From NCBI GenBank assembly GCA_000934665.2, contig KZ538909.1, forward strand, positions 1 through 40,882: a DNA stretch of 40,882 bases, read 5' to 3'. This document shows positions 24,197-35,622 of the stretch, piece by piece. This DNA comes from Catajapyx aquilonaris. Its lineage: Eukaryota. The first letter of the stretch is position 1; the number at the start of each line of letters is the position of its first letter. The position numbers and the translations under genes were made by a program. The notes under the pieces are model-generated. The model worked only from the letters and a program-made list of their open reading frames with translations, had not been told where the DNA came from and did no database searches.

Positions 24197-24645
24197 AACT
24201 GCTTATGTGATAATGCAAAGGATTCAAAGTCATGCACTATAGACTGCCCAGTTTTTGACACTCACTTGTCAGCATGATTATTGTCGTTCTTTTTAGTGAC
24301 CTCAAGGTCATTGTTCCAGATGATCTCTGACCCGACACTTCCCTGCACAGAAGAACACCCGTGTCCCAAGTGTGGCCATAGAGAAGCTGTGTTTTTCCAG
24401 TAACATACCTGGGGAGCTCAGGTGAAATTGGCTCTTGTATTTAAAAACTCCTTCCACATGATTCTAGCAACTGAACTAATTTGATAAAATACTTTCAGCC
24501 TGAAATGTGACTATATTGTGTGCACAAATGTCCACTGCACTCAACGGTGGACTGAAAGGTGAATGAGGGGGTTTGCAAGTGACTGAATGTTGAATAAAAA
24601 CAGTCCCTCAGAATACCAGGTTTTTTATTTTCAAATATGGAATTG
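24197..24645 (+). pseudogene. POLR2I: Partial unprocessed RPB9 duplicate (end of intron 3, exon 4, intron 4, exon 5, 3'UTR)
   Basis: Colinear with 15822-16264 including the intron; in-frame TAA at 24401-24403 and indels; no copy of exons 1-3 seen. Confidence 0.9.
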
Positions 24646-24726
24646 TTAACCATCCTGCTTCTCTTTATATGTAACAGTCCCTCTCTGAATCATCTCAGGA
24701 ATCTCTACTGCTAGCCATGGCCCCAA
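24646..24726 (-). CDS. UFC1: UFC1 exon 4 (last)
   Basis: tttcag|[35 protein letters not shown] (minus) at 24624-24629; spliced total 167 aa. Confidence 0.95.
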   Translation of the reverse strand: [26 protein letters not shown]

Positions 24727-24788
24727 CTGAAATAAAAATAATTTACATGATAAGTTTTAATGCAAACAATAAAGGTAAGTTTAACATA

Positions 24789-26210
24789 TACGAGGTAGGC
24801 GCCAAAAGTTTCCTGCCTGACAATGTTCCAGGGGTGATAGAAATAAAACAACTATAGTGTCAGTTAGTCCCAACTATGAGCGGAGGATGTACTATCGGAC
24901 GCAAAAAGAATGTCCGGGGAGAGTCTTCGTTCAGCCTGGTGGAGGCAAACCATTGCACAGATGTGTACACACACACTTGTGTGTACGTCCGTGCTTATCT
25001 GCTGAGCTTTTTCCCTCCTCCCTTAGCTACCCAGGTGCAATGGTTTGCCTCCACCAGGCTGAACGAAGACTCTCCCCGGACATTCTTTTTGCGTGCCTAT
25101 GTACCAGTTTCACCCGGAAACATCAGTCGGTCTCTTAGAAAAGTCAACTTTAGTCAGACGAGTTGCAACATGGTGAAAATCGATTATCGAGAGTGATCAA
25201 GTTCCTCACCAAGGAAGGCCTTACTCCCATGTCTACTAAACAGGGCTTGGATGGTGTGTATGGTGAAGCTTCCTCTTCATATTCCACAATGAAGAAATGG
25301 GCTAAGCAGTTTCGTTTGGGCTGAGAGAGCATCGAAGGCGAGCTATGCGACTTTCAGCCCAGACCGTCTCTCTTGTGGAAAAGTAGCTGCTGCAAGCAGG
25401 CCCTTGGATGTGGAGGAACTCTTAGCAAGGTTGGGGCTTTCAGACACCACCTTTCCTCTCATTCTTCATGAACACCTTCACATGAAAAAGGTCAGCACAA
25501 GATGGGTGCCCCGACTTCTGTCAGCATTTCAAAAGCAAAAATGCGTAACATGTCGCGAAACGTTTTCCGACCTTCGCCGTGGCAAACGGAAGTACTGAGG
25601 TCCATCGACACAGGAGATGAAACTATGGTCCTGTGCTATGATCCTCTATCAATAAGAGAATTAATGGAATGGAGTAGGGCGAGCAGAAAGCGGCCGAGTA
25701 ACACGGTCAACCAAGAAGACCATAGTGACGATTCTTACTGATAGACTTCAAGGATTAAAACACGATTGTCTACGGGGAGTCCTACTCTGGCCTGCTGCAC
25801 AGGTTTCGTGATGCCATGAAGAGGAGATGTGGGAAGCTGAGTTGGGGTGTTCGCCAACTTCAGGATAATGCACCAGGTTACAGGACAATGTTTCCAAGGC
25901 TGCTGTGAGGAACTGTGGCTTCGAGGAGCTTGATCACCCACCCTACTGGTCCCTAATGACTATTACCTGTTATCCAAACTCAAAAAAGAACTTCAAGGTA
26001 CGATTAAAAGGTGATGAAGAGTTGCAAGAGACAGTATATGAGCATTTTGTAGAGAAAACTTTGGACTATTTTTCCAGAGGTATTGAAATGATAATTATGA
26101 GATATGAGCATTGATGTACAAGGAGACTATATTGAAAAATGGCACTGTCGTTTTATTTCCATCACCCCTGGAACATAGCCAGGCCGGAAACTTTTGGCGC
26201 CTACCTTGTA
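24789..26210 (+). mobile_element. Full-length decayed mariner transposon in UFC1 intron 3
   Basis: TA flanks; about 60-bp TIRs (CGAGGTAGGCGCCAAAAGTTTCC...); frameshifted transposase from ATG 25170 with WVPRLL, TGDET, QDNAP and HPPY motifs. Confidence 0.92.
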
Positions 26211-26334
26211 TGAAGTATTAATAAGCAGGAACCACCAAAACTAGGTCTGGCTGTTTTAAATGACCAAACCTAGATCTGGCCGTTTTTTTCCGTCCAATGG
26301 CCATTTTCAGGGTTTGAGCCTAACATGTCCATTT

Positions 26335-26970
26335 TACCGTATTACCTCACTTAAAGCGGCATGCCGGTGTAGTCGAGGTCAACCAGTTTTTAGAAATTCG
26401 CGATCTGGTGGCTATACCGGCATGCCAGTCTAAGACAGGTATGCCAGTATAAGGCGAGGTTTTCTTACGATCTCTATGAAAATTATTATTACTCAAAGGA
26501 ATGCATTACACCATGTTCTACAGTACAGACACAGCCCAGGACACTTCTATCGCCTGTCACATCCCATAAGATCGTTCATTGAGATCAAATTTTACGGCAA
26601 CGAGATCTGCGATCAGCGAACTATTGATAGCAAAATGAAGGACTGAAGGAATTTGACTTGATCCTTTGCAGAGCCTTTGTAATGTTTAGGGAGGTTCCCG
26701 TCTCAGAGCAGGCTGACAGTCGGATTGGTCACACTCTATGACCTGCGAAAAAGATGAACTTGCATATTCTCACAGCCCTGTACTTGCACATTTTTCCCCG
26801 TAACATTATTTTAGTACAGCATCAGATGCATTCCAAAAAATTTAACAAGGATCAAAATTATGGAAATCTACCTCCGGTATTACGGCATGCCGGCCACCCC
26901 CGGGTGATGCCGGCATGCTGGTCGACCTCGTTTTATACCGGCATGCCGCTTTAAGTGAGGTAATACGATA
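26335..26970. mobile_element. MITE with CCGTA termini
   Basis: TA flanks; TIR CGTATTACCTCACTTAAAGCGGCATGCCGGT; ccggcatgcc subterminal repeats. Confidence 0.82.
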
Positions 26971-27509
26971 AATGTACACTGTACTCCCAATTATCCAGGT
27001 ACGGATTATCCGTGTTGCAGATAATAAGGTTTCCCTGACTTGTCTTGGAGGACTCTGCCCCAGGGCTGGCCAACTTAGGGAATACCACCCCTATTTGATA
27101 TGAAAATACATAATTACAGTTTGATTCAAACTTACACAGGTGCAATTGCACACTGTTTGTGGTAGGCTGTGACATAAAGGACCACAACAAACAACGTTAC
27201 GATAGTATACCATAGTATGAAATATATTAAGGTGGGTGTTTCTTGAAACGACTATCCTTGGCCACTTAACCCCACCTTCAGCATTACTGTTAGCCTGATT
27301 CAAGTTTAACTCAATCATGGAGGATCTGTTTTGTACTTGTGCTGTGAGACAAACAGGTGTAACCAGGACCAGACAGACTTAGAACTGACTCTCACCAAGA
27401 ATATGTCATGTTTCTTTTCTCGCTGCCCTCTGTGTGGCTGCCACCAATCCAAGCCACCACAACCCCTCCCAAAATGAGAAACAAAAATTATCTTATACCA
27501 GTAACTTAC

Positions 27510-27677
27510 CCCCAATGCCATAGCATGGGCTATGCCAAATTTTCCAACATTTCTACCCCACAGAGGCTTGAAATGGTCCGTGAGGCAAATTTTCCCCCCT
27601 CTGTACATCTTGGCTGTTTTTCCATCTAATTCAGGTAGTGCTATTTCTGGTGCTGTAGTTGGATAAGTCACTGGAAT
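27510..27677 (-). CDS. UFC1: UFC1 exon 3 (catalytic Cys)
   Basis: [56 protein letters not shown]. Confidence 0.97.
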
Positions 27678-28380
27678 CTACGGAGGGAGAACAATTACCA
27701 AATTAAATCCTATAGCATAATTTCATTGTGTATTACAGAGTTCGAATCTTTAATGTTTCGTCTGGGTGTAGAGGGTAAACACAAAGGACAAGCTTACACT
27801 ACCTGAGACATGAAGACTGACCTAGGTGGGCCGCTCCTTTTCATTCTGCGGGTGTGGGCACTCGCTCAGCGCTCCACGTCAGTACCTATAGCTTTGTAAC
27901 CATTTCGTATTCCAAAATTCCGTTTGTATCACTGATAGAGGTGTATTTTGATATCAATGTGATGACATTTGACTGGCTCTTTTTTGAAAATGTAATTTGT
28001 TAGCAAAAATGTCGCTTTTTGACATGAATTTGCACAGCTATCGGAAAGTGACTATTTTTGTCGTAAAGAGGAGACAATTTCACACATGAAACATGTATTA
28101 CATCATGCATTTACGTTGTCATGTAAATCTAATAGGGGGCGCTTCTGTGATACAAGTGCAATTAGCACCTGTAGATAGGCAACCACGCATTAGCAAACCA
28201 AATCCTTATGGGAAAGGTCCTAACGTGACCTAGACCTAAACATATCTCACGCTCATCAATGGGCAAATTTTTTCATGCAAAAGGTGATCACGTTCACGAG
28301 GAATTGCCCTTCCTTAGCTCAATGGGAATATTGAAAATTTTGGCCAAACATTAGCATTATGTCCAATGGGGGTGGGGGGT

Positions 28381-28462
28381 GGGAGAGAGCATAGTGGTCT
28401 ATTGGCTATGCCACTGGCCAGCCAAGCGGGAGGTCTGGGGTTCAAATCCTGTCCCCGTCGGG
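28381..28462 (+). mobile_element. SINE family A 5' fragment
   Basis: ccactggccagccaagcgggagg..gggttcaaatcc matches the head of 4178-4481. Confidence 0.7.
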
Positions 28463-28989
28463 TCTTTTTCCACGAAATGACTTGAAACTATTTACAGTCT
28501 ATCAGATCTAGCTTTGTCCAAATGCAATAAGTCAACGCACTTGAAGCAGAGTACTTTTAACAGTACTTTTAAAATGACCAATACACAGTTATATATTTTT
28601 TTATAAATATCTCAAAAATGTTAAATGTGGGGATCAATTCTCGGATGCGCTTTCCCCCCCCCCCCCCCCNCCCCCCCCCGCCCTAATCCGAGCAGTCACC
28701 TCTTTTAATCCACCTCGTCAATAATACTCGGATTCGGGGGGAAAAGAGCATAAGTCAAAAAATTATTTTTTTGACTTATGCTCTTTTTCCTGCGCATCTG
28801 ATTGTGAGAATTTTAATACTGTCAGCCCCTTCAACTACCATTTTAAAAGCAGCCATGCCATATTTTTAATACAATTATCTGATAATATTTTTTTAAATAT
28901 ATAGTACCCCATGAGACTAGTGTCATTATTGGGGGGGTGGAATACCACCATATTTCCATATCCATTTTCTTATTTTTCACTTCAGCTCT

Positions 28990-29234
28990 GTGCAGGGGAG
29001 AAAGGACATTAGGTAGGGATAGGGATTATTGGGGAGGGGACATGGGTGCAGGTGCAATGTCGGAAAGTGGGTCATGTGCACTCCCCCAGGAGGCTAGGTT
29101 GCCAGACACCTCCAAGACACAGGTCAGAGACCCTCCTGACACAGGTGAAAGGGAGCTCCCGGGCTGGGAGCGAACCCGAGACCTTTCACTCAGCAAGCCG
29201 AGACATTACCATCTCGGCCACCACACCTCCCCCT
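28990..29234 (-). mobile_element. tRNA-derived SINE (family C)
   Basis: Head GGGGGAGGTGTGGTGGCCGAGATGGTAA...GGGTTCGCTCCC with A and B boxes. Confidence 0.7.
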
Positions 29235-29249
29235 AATATGCTAGAATTT

Positions 29250-29585
29250 AGGGGAGGTGAAGTGGCGCTGCAGTAACGCACACGCCCACGGATATTAAGG
29301 TCCCGGGTTCGATCCCCACCCGGGGTTCCCACCTTTATCCGTGCAGAGTTGGGCCATCTCTGGCTTCATTTCGGGTGGCAATTTCCGACAGACTAAGGCA
29401 CCCGGGGGAGCTCACAAAATGACGATTAGAGACATTGAACTTGGACTTTACACATCCCCTCCCACCTACCCTGGAGTAATTAATTAAGATCTTATACGGC
29501 TCCAATTTCCTATGGTGGTAATCCACCCCCCTAAAGGATATGGTAAATCCCAATGGGGTAAATGAAAATAAATAAAATAAATAAA
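29250..29585 (+). mobile_element. tRNA-derived SINE (family B), full length
   Basis: B box GGTTCGATCCC; A-rich tail; 15-bp TSD aatatgctagaattt at 29235-29249 and 29586-29600. Confidence 0.88.
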
Positions 29586-29609
29586 AATATGCTAGAATTT
29601 GTGATCAGG

Positions 29610-29944
29610 TCTTGACTAAGGTCTGGGGACGGAAGTCTGTGGTTTTACTGTAGCTGTGGGGACCAGTTCCAATTGTGGGGACATTTGTCGGTCCCCACAG
29701 TCTCACACACGCGAAGTGTACCATTACAGTGGGGACATGTGTAAATTAGTGGGGACATGTCCCCACTATTTTCATTTGTAGGGTTTCACAAAAGTCCATT
29801 TTTCTCAGCCTAGGTTACTTAGGGTAGGGTAGGTTAGGTAGGTTAGGTTAGGTTAGGTTAGGTTAGATCAGTTTAGATCAGTTTAGATCAGTTTACACTC
29901 GCAGTGAAAAGTGATCAATGTCCGTCCCCACGCCTTAGTCAAGA
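29610..29944. mobile_element. TIR element containing a (TTAGG)n run
   Basis: tcttgactaagg..tggggacgga pairs with tccgtcccca..ccttagtcaaga; gtggggac repeats; TTAGG run at about 29830-29866. Confidence 0.65.
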
Positions 29945-29946
29945 CA

Positions 29947-29992
<46 letters not shown>

Positions 29993-29994
<2 letters not shown>

Positions 29995-30949
29995 CGAGGG
30001 CTGTTCAATAAAGACTGGCACTGATTTTTTTTCCATGGCTATTACGTAAACTATTGAACAAATAAGGTGCGTGCACAATGATCTGTCGAATACGAGTTGG
30101 CACCCACATCGACACAGTGATATCTTGAATTGTCCTCCAGAGAGGGCAGCATTACTGACCCCCCTCTCGCAAATCGCCTCCGGCAATCACGGCAGCCATC
30201 AGGGACGAGCAGTACGCGGCGCTGAAATTCTGCTTCCGCTTGAAGAAGACTGCTACGGAAGCATATCATTTGTTGCAAGCAGCACATGGAGATTATGCCA
30301 TTCCCCGTCGATCCAGAAAGCAAACAGCAAAGCACAGTGTGGAAGTCTGTACGAACTCTCCAACACCGAAAAAAGCAAAGGTGCAGGCGAGTGCAGGGAA
30401 AATGATGGTGATAGGGTCTAGCGGTTTTTGACATTCGTGGAATGGTATACCAACATGTTGTTTCTCCGCATACCACCATTACTGGTGCCTATTATGTGTC
30501 TGTGCTGAGGGCCTTCTTGAAAAACCGCTATCACCATCACTTTCCCTGCACTCGCCTGCACCTTTGCTTTTTTCGGTGTTGGAGAGTTCGTATAGACTTC
30601 CACACTGTGCTTTGCTGTATGCTTTCTGGATCGAAGGGGAATGGCATAATGTCCATATGCTTCTTGCAAGAAATGATATGCTTCCGTAGCAGTGTTCTTC
30701 AAGCGGAAGCAGAATTTCAGCGCCGCGTACTGCTCGTCCCTGATGGCTGCCATGATTGCCGGAGGCGATTTGCGAGAGGGGGGTCAGTAATGCTGCCCTC
30801 TCTGGAGGACAATTCAAGATATCACTGTGTCGATGTGGGTGCCAACTCGTATTTGACAGATCATTGTGCACGCACCCTATTTGTTCAATAGTTTACGTAA
30901 TAGCCATGGAAAAAAAATCAGTGCCAGTCTTTATCGAACCGCCCTCGTA
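29993..30949. mobile_element. Palindromic mariner-derived element (two inverted 5' ends)
   Basis: TA-CGAGGG termini; about 420-bp arms encoding MAAIRDEQYAALKFCFRLK..TATEAYH.LQ.AYG; spacer carries FFDIRGMVYQH..TTITGAYY transposase remnant. Confidence 0.92.
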
Positions 30950-30957
30950 TATACATA

Positions 30958-31523
30958 TACAGGGTGTTTACGACCTAACTTTACAAACTTCTAGGGGTGA
31001 TAGAGGGGACCAAGACAAACATTTTTGACATAGGAAACCGTGTCTGGAAACGCCATCTAGAGGGGGTTCATAGACGAGGAACGGGTGCACTCAGACGCGT
31101 CACGCGAGAGGCGCAAGTCGAGCGGACTGTTTTGTTGATAGATAGCGCGCAGTTGTTGCCAGGTTATGGCGCATCGCGTCGTTGTAAGTAAACAACAACA
31201 CGATACGCCATAACCTGGCAACAACAGAACCGCTGTCGACTATCCGCGCGTCTCCTAGGAGGCGTACTTTAGTTGCTAGATGGCTCTGCTGTTGCCATGT
31301 TATGGCACATCGTATCGTTGGTTACTATCCGAGCGCCATCTATCAACAAAACAGTCCGCTCGCTTGGCGCCTCTCGCGTGACGCGTCTGAGCGCACCCGT
31401 TCCTTGTCTATGAACCCCCTCTAGATGGCGTTTCCGGACACGGTTTCCTATGTCAAAAATGTTTGTCTTGGTCCCCTCTATCACCCCCAGAAGTTTGTAA
31501 AGTTAGGTCGTAAACACCCTCTA
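30958..31523. mobile_element. Palindromic MITE with CAGGGTG-type termini
   Basis: TA flanks; about 190-bp near-identical inverted arms. Confidence 0.9.
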
Positions 31524-31770
31524 TATACACATACACACACACACCCACACACACATTAATGGTAGCTAAAATGTAATCCCGTAAGTCCAGACACATAGGA
31601 TACATCCATAACAAGTTTACTCAATTGGTCACTATACAACATTACTATGGTTGCATAGTAATCATATACTACAACACTGTAATATGAGAAACTCCTACAG
31701 GTCCAGATTTACAGGACATCCTATAATGAAATACTAGGTAGCCAGTTGCCAAAATTTGGCAAAAATGGTT

Positions 31771-31772
<2 letters not shown>

Positions 31773-31810
<38 letters not shown>

Positions 31811-31838
31811 CCTCCTCGCTGTCGCTCTCTCTCTCCCT
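31773..31838. repeat. (CT)n microsatellite
   Basis: Direct reading. Confidence 0.9.
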
Positions 31839-32156
31839 CCCACTCTCTTCTGCCTGGAAGACATCTTGCCCCGGTGTCGAGGATGGTGTTCATGATCAGG
31901 TTGCCTATATGTTGGCCGCACCTGTTTTCCTCTCTAGAACGTCTTCCAGTAGGGTTATTTTGTCGAACAGCAGGACTGGACCATCCCCCGGACACTACCC
32001 TCTTATCTGGTCTAGCCCCTGACGAAAAGCAGCCAAGGAGCTCTCATGCGGTCACCTCCCGGCCCCCGCAAACCACCCTGTTAGACCCCCCCAGTCGATA
32101 AGAGGAGATAAGGGGGTAGTGTCCAGACCTGAGTATTCTAAGGCCATGAGCAGGAT

Positions 32157-32176
32157 GGAGGGGGGAGAGGGGGAGA

Positions 32177-32240
<64 letters not shown>
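32157..32240. repeat. (GA)n microsatellite
   Basis: Direct reading. Confidence 0.9.
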
Positions 32241-32654
32241 CTCAGCAGGCAGCAGCATTGAAGCGACGTGCAACTGTAACGACATCTGGCGGTAACGTTG
32301 GGAAGTAGGCGAGCTGGCGAGCAGGCAATCTGAGAGCCAAGCGGCAGAATGGGGAAATGCGTGGAGCTGGCCTCGTCGCGTCGTGACCTTGAGCCTCGTG
32401 GTATTTGCAATTTACAAATATCCCTGGGCACCTTTTGCGAAAAACAAAAGTGGTGGGCAAATATAGAACACACAGGCTAAATTTTGAGGGCACTCCCAAC
32501 TCTGTAGGCCGTACACAGCGGGAGAAATCGTCCTCACAGTAGGGTATTAATAATATAGATAGGCCTTCAGCTAGCAGGATGCAAGACATTCCGTTCTTCA
32601 CCTTGACCAGCCCCCGAACACTTCTAACCCAGGCCAATAGAAAAAGCTGTGACG

Positions 32655-33150
32655 TTAACCCTTGCTGTATTGGCGCTAGTGTATATCTGCAATGGAATCA
32701 CACTGTGGAACTCACTGCATCATAGCAACTAGCAACCCTGACTGTACAACTCTGCATCCTGGTGTATTGCTATCATGATCACTATCGGTAGCTACGTGTT
32801 AATGCAGAATTGTACCGTCAGGGTTGCTGTCACTATGATGCAGCGAGTTCCACAGTGTGAGTCCATTGCAATTATACTAGCGCCAATGCAGTAGGGGATA
32901 CGGTGTCCAACTGCTAATCGGGAGGTCCTGGGATCAAATCCCGGGGCCAGCAACTCTGACCGTGGTTTTCTGTGGTTTCCCACGGTCCTTCCAGGAAAAT
33001 TCCGGAGTTGTTTCCGTAATTAACAGGCCACAGCCGCTTCCTTCCGTCCCTATCCCATCCCAAAAAGTGCAGTAAAATGAAAGCAAAGAGTTCCAGGCAA
33101 AAGAAAACTTCCCCCCTAAAGAGCCGAAAAAGGCTGATAACGGGGTATGA

Positions 33151-33186
<36 letters not shown>

Positions 33187-33211
33187 CTAGCGCCAATGCG
33201 GGAAGGGTTAA
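32655..33211. mobile_element. piggyBac-type palindromic MITE interrupted by a SINE
   Basis: TTAA-CCCTT...AAGGG-TTAA; internal inverted arms. Confidence 0.78.
32890..33180 (+). mobile_element. tRNA-derived SINE (family D)
   Basis: B-box-like GGATCAAATCC; (ATT)n tail; 19-bp TSD attatactagcgccaatgc at 32871-32889 and 33181-33199. Confidence 0.85.
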
Positions 33212-33659
33212 TGGCACGCAAGATGGCGGCGAGTGTCCCGACCTATTCTTCTAAGACCGTGACCTTGACTCACCTATCTGTGATCAATCACTAATTTTGT
33301 TTGTGGAGGTAATTTCCTTGGCAGATCAACATGTTTGAACTGTCAGGATGCAGTTAGCTGCATGTACAGTCCTGAGCATAATAATAGAGATGGACTTGGT
33401 CAGGGCCTCCAACAAAGTCAGTGTAAAGCAGTTAATTCCTCCGCCTTAATTCAAAAATTCCCTCTTGTACACACCAAGATCATACTGTCCACTACTGAAC
33501 AGCCATGTTGCAGCAGTAGCAGCACCCACTTTGCCAGTTTTACACGCAATTCGCTTACCCAGTCTGTCTCCATCATTATGCTTGCAACTGTGCATAACTG
33601 ACATTACAAAAGCAGCCGGTACGCTATAATTCCCACTCAACCAAACACAATTAACTCAC

Positions 33660-33791
33660 GTCGAACTCAACGTCGAACTCGTACTTGAGCAAATTGTGGA
33701 TGTACCAGCATTTGCCAAACCACCTGGTGCCATCCTTGTTCGACTCCAAGCGGAACCAATCGTTATCAGCATCCTTGTTATTTTGCACATA
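33660..33791 (-). CDS. UFC1: UFC1 exon 2
   Basis: [44 protein letters not shown]; ttgcag acceptor, GTGAGT donor. Confidence 0.96.
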
Positions 33792-33874
33792 CTGCAAAGA
33801 GAGAAAACCAGAATCAAATTAGTTAAGAAGCACCTAGCCACCTAATATGATCAACAATTAAGATGTGAACAAGC

Positions 33875-33997
33875 CTTAATCAAAGACTGGTATTCCTCCT
33901 TGAGACGCTGTGGCCACAAATCCTTATCTCTAGGACCACCTTTCGTCCGAAGCAAAGGAATATTGCTCAGAGTTTTCCTGGTTGCCTCGTCCACCAT
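33875..33997 (-). CDS. UFC1: Ufm1-conjugating enzyme 1, exon 1
   Basis: [41 protein letters not shown]; ends at a GC donor (AAG|GCTTGT). Confidence 0.93.
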
Positions 33998-35523
33998 CTT
34001 GCACAAACTTATTTCCAATCCACGATGGTGACGTCCCACTTGCGTATTTCCAAGGATCGGGCTGGATCACGTGGGCTGAATTATAGGTTGGCAGCTTGTT
34101 GACAGCCATTCAGCAGTTGGCAACCTTGTTAAACTTGGCGGGATTTATGCTACAGCCTACAGGACTGCCGTAAACGACAAGAGTGCTCATCCTTTGTACT
34201 GTACTTTGAGAGACAGGGCCAAGGATAGGGTAGCCTCTGTTGATTGGTGAATCTGAAAGACAAGGACCCAGCCTGGATGCAGCATCCTTGAGGGTCATGA
34301 CATTCTCCTGCTAGAAAGCGATTCTGACGGCCCAAGTGAAAACCCTGTATCTCACCTTTTTGTCATTTCAAGATATTCGCGTTGGAAGTTTTTTGTTTCC
34401 AGTATCATACATGGAAGTGCATGACTTCAATTGGCCAAAACTTTGCAAGGGCTGCTCCTACAGTTACGGGATTTGTATACCAAAAGTAAGGTGCTGTGGC
34501 TTGCAAAGAGGAGTGCAATGATCCATTTATGTTTATCTCCATTCACGGGATTTTCGAAGATATAGGATTTTCACGTGGCCCGTCAGCATTCAGTCTCAGC
34601 CTGCCAGTTCTACTGTAACCTACATGAATAATGAAGTGCAGGTTTACTCTGAAGTTAGGTGTTCTATTGATGAACAGAACTCTTGACATAGACACACTGT
34701 CGTAAAAGTTATACAGTATAGGATTCCAGGCTATTCCCTCTTAATAGTTTCAAAACTTGAACTTTCCCACATTCAGGCGGGGTGGCACCAGCTCCTGGAA
34801 AATTTATCTGGCGGAAGAAGAGCCAGAATGGTTTGTTATTCATTGTTGGCAGAATTGTTGACAACAATGAATAACAAACTATCCGGGCTCTTCTGCAGCC
34901 AGATAAATTTTCCAGAAGCCGGTGCAACCTGGCCTCAGTAACATGTTTTGCTCTTCGCCACACAAGTTATGACAGTGGCAGGGCCTTTATAGTGGGGTCG
35001 CCGTAATTCTGACACCATTGGTTATACCGAAGCCGTTTTCCCTTTTAGGTAGGCTCATAAAGGTGTACCGTCAGAAATTTACTTGCAGTATCACTATTGA
35101 CATAAATGATAGAAACACATCACAGCAGCTGCCAAAAAATAAAACAGGTGGAAATATTAAAACTTGCTATTCAGCATTTCTTTTTATCCTTAAATACATA
35201 ATACCAGTATGAAACACTGCCACTCATGTTCACTTGCACGTAGGTTGTCTTCAAATTGTTCTTTTTAAGGTACTCACTCGAACTAATAAAAAATAAATAA
35301 AGTCTGCCATATTACCACTGTGTACAGGTTCAACAGTAACTGGCATTTAAATCTCATGCTATCCTCTCACTTTGAGACTATCTTTGAACTGACGCAAGCT
35401 GGAATTTCCATCCCTGAAAGAATTAGTTTCCTCAACAAGAATCATCAACACCACTCATGAGACTCAGAACTTTATGAATGTAATTTAAGAGCTATCATTC
35501 GTTGGTCTTTGGCTGCTTGAAAT

Positions 35524-35622
35524 CTAGAGAGTTCCATTGTTGCTACTGGCTAGTTGCTGGGACGAAGACGACGGTGAACTCTCAGCCGACAAAAGCTTTT
35601 CCTTCCGCCTCATCTTGGCTTT
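35524..35622 (-). CDS. capu: Formin last coding exon (Spire-interacting-type basic tail)
   Basis: KAKMRRKEKLL...NGTL-TAG; the junction KPR..GGL|KAKM resembles the FMN/Capu C-terminal motif. Confidence 0.8.
   Translation of the reverse strand, partial: KAKMRRKEKLLSAESSPSSSSQQLASSNNGTL

Noticed and set aside
27396..27509. In-frame 114-nt extension of UFC1 exon 3 to a second GTGAG donor
   Set aside because: The upstream GTAAGT donor is stronger and gives the conserved 167-aa protein; likely chance
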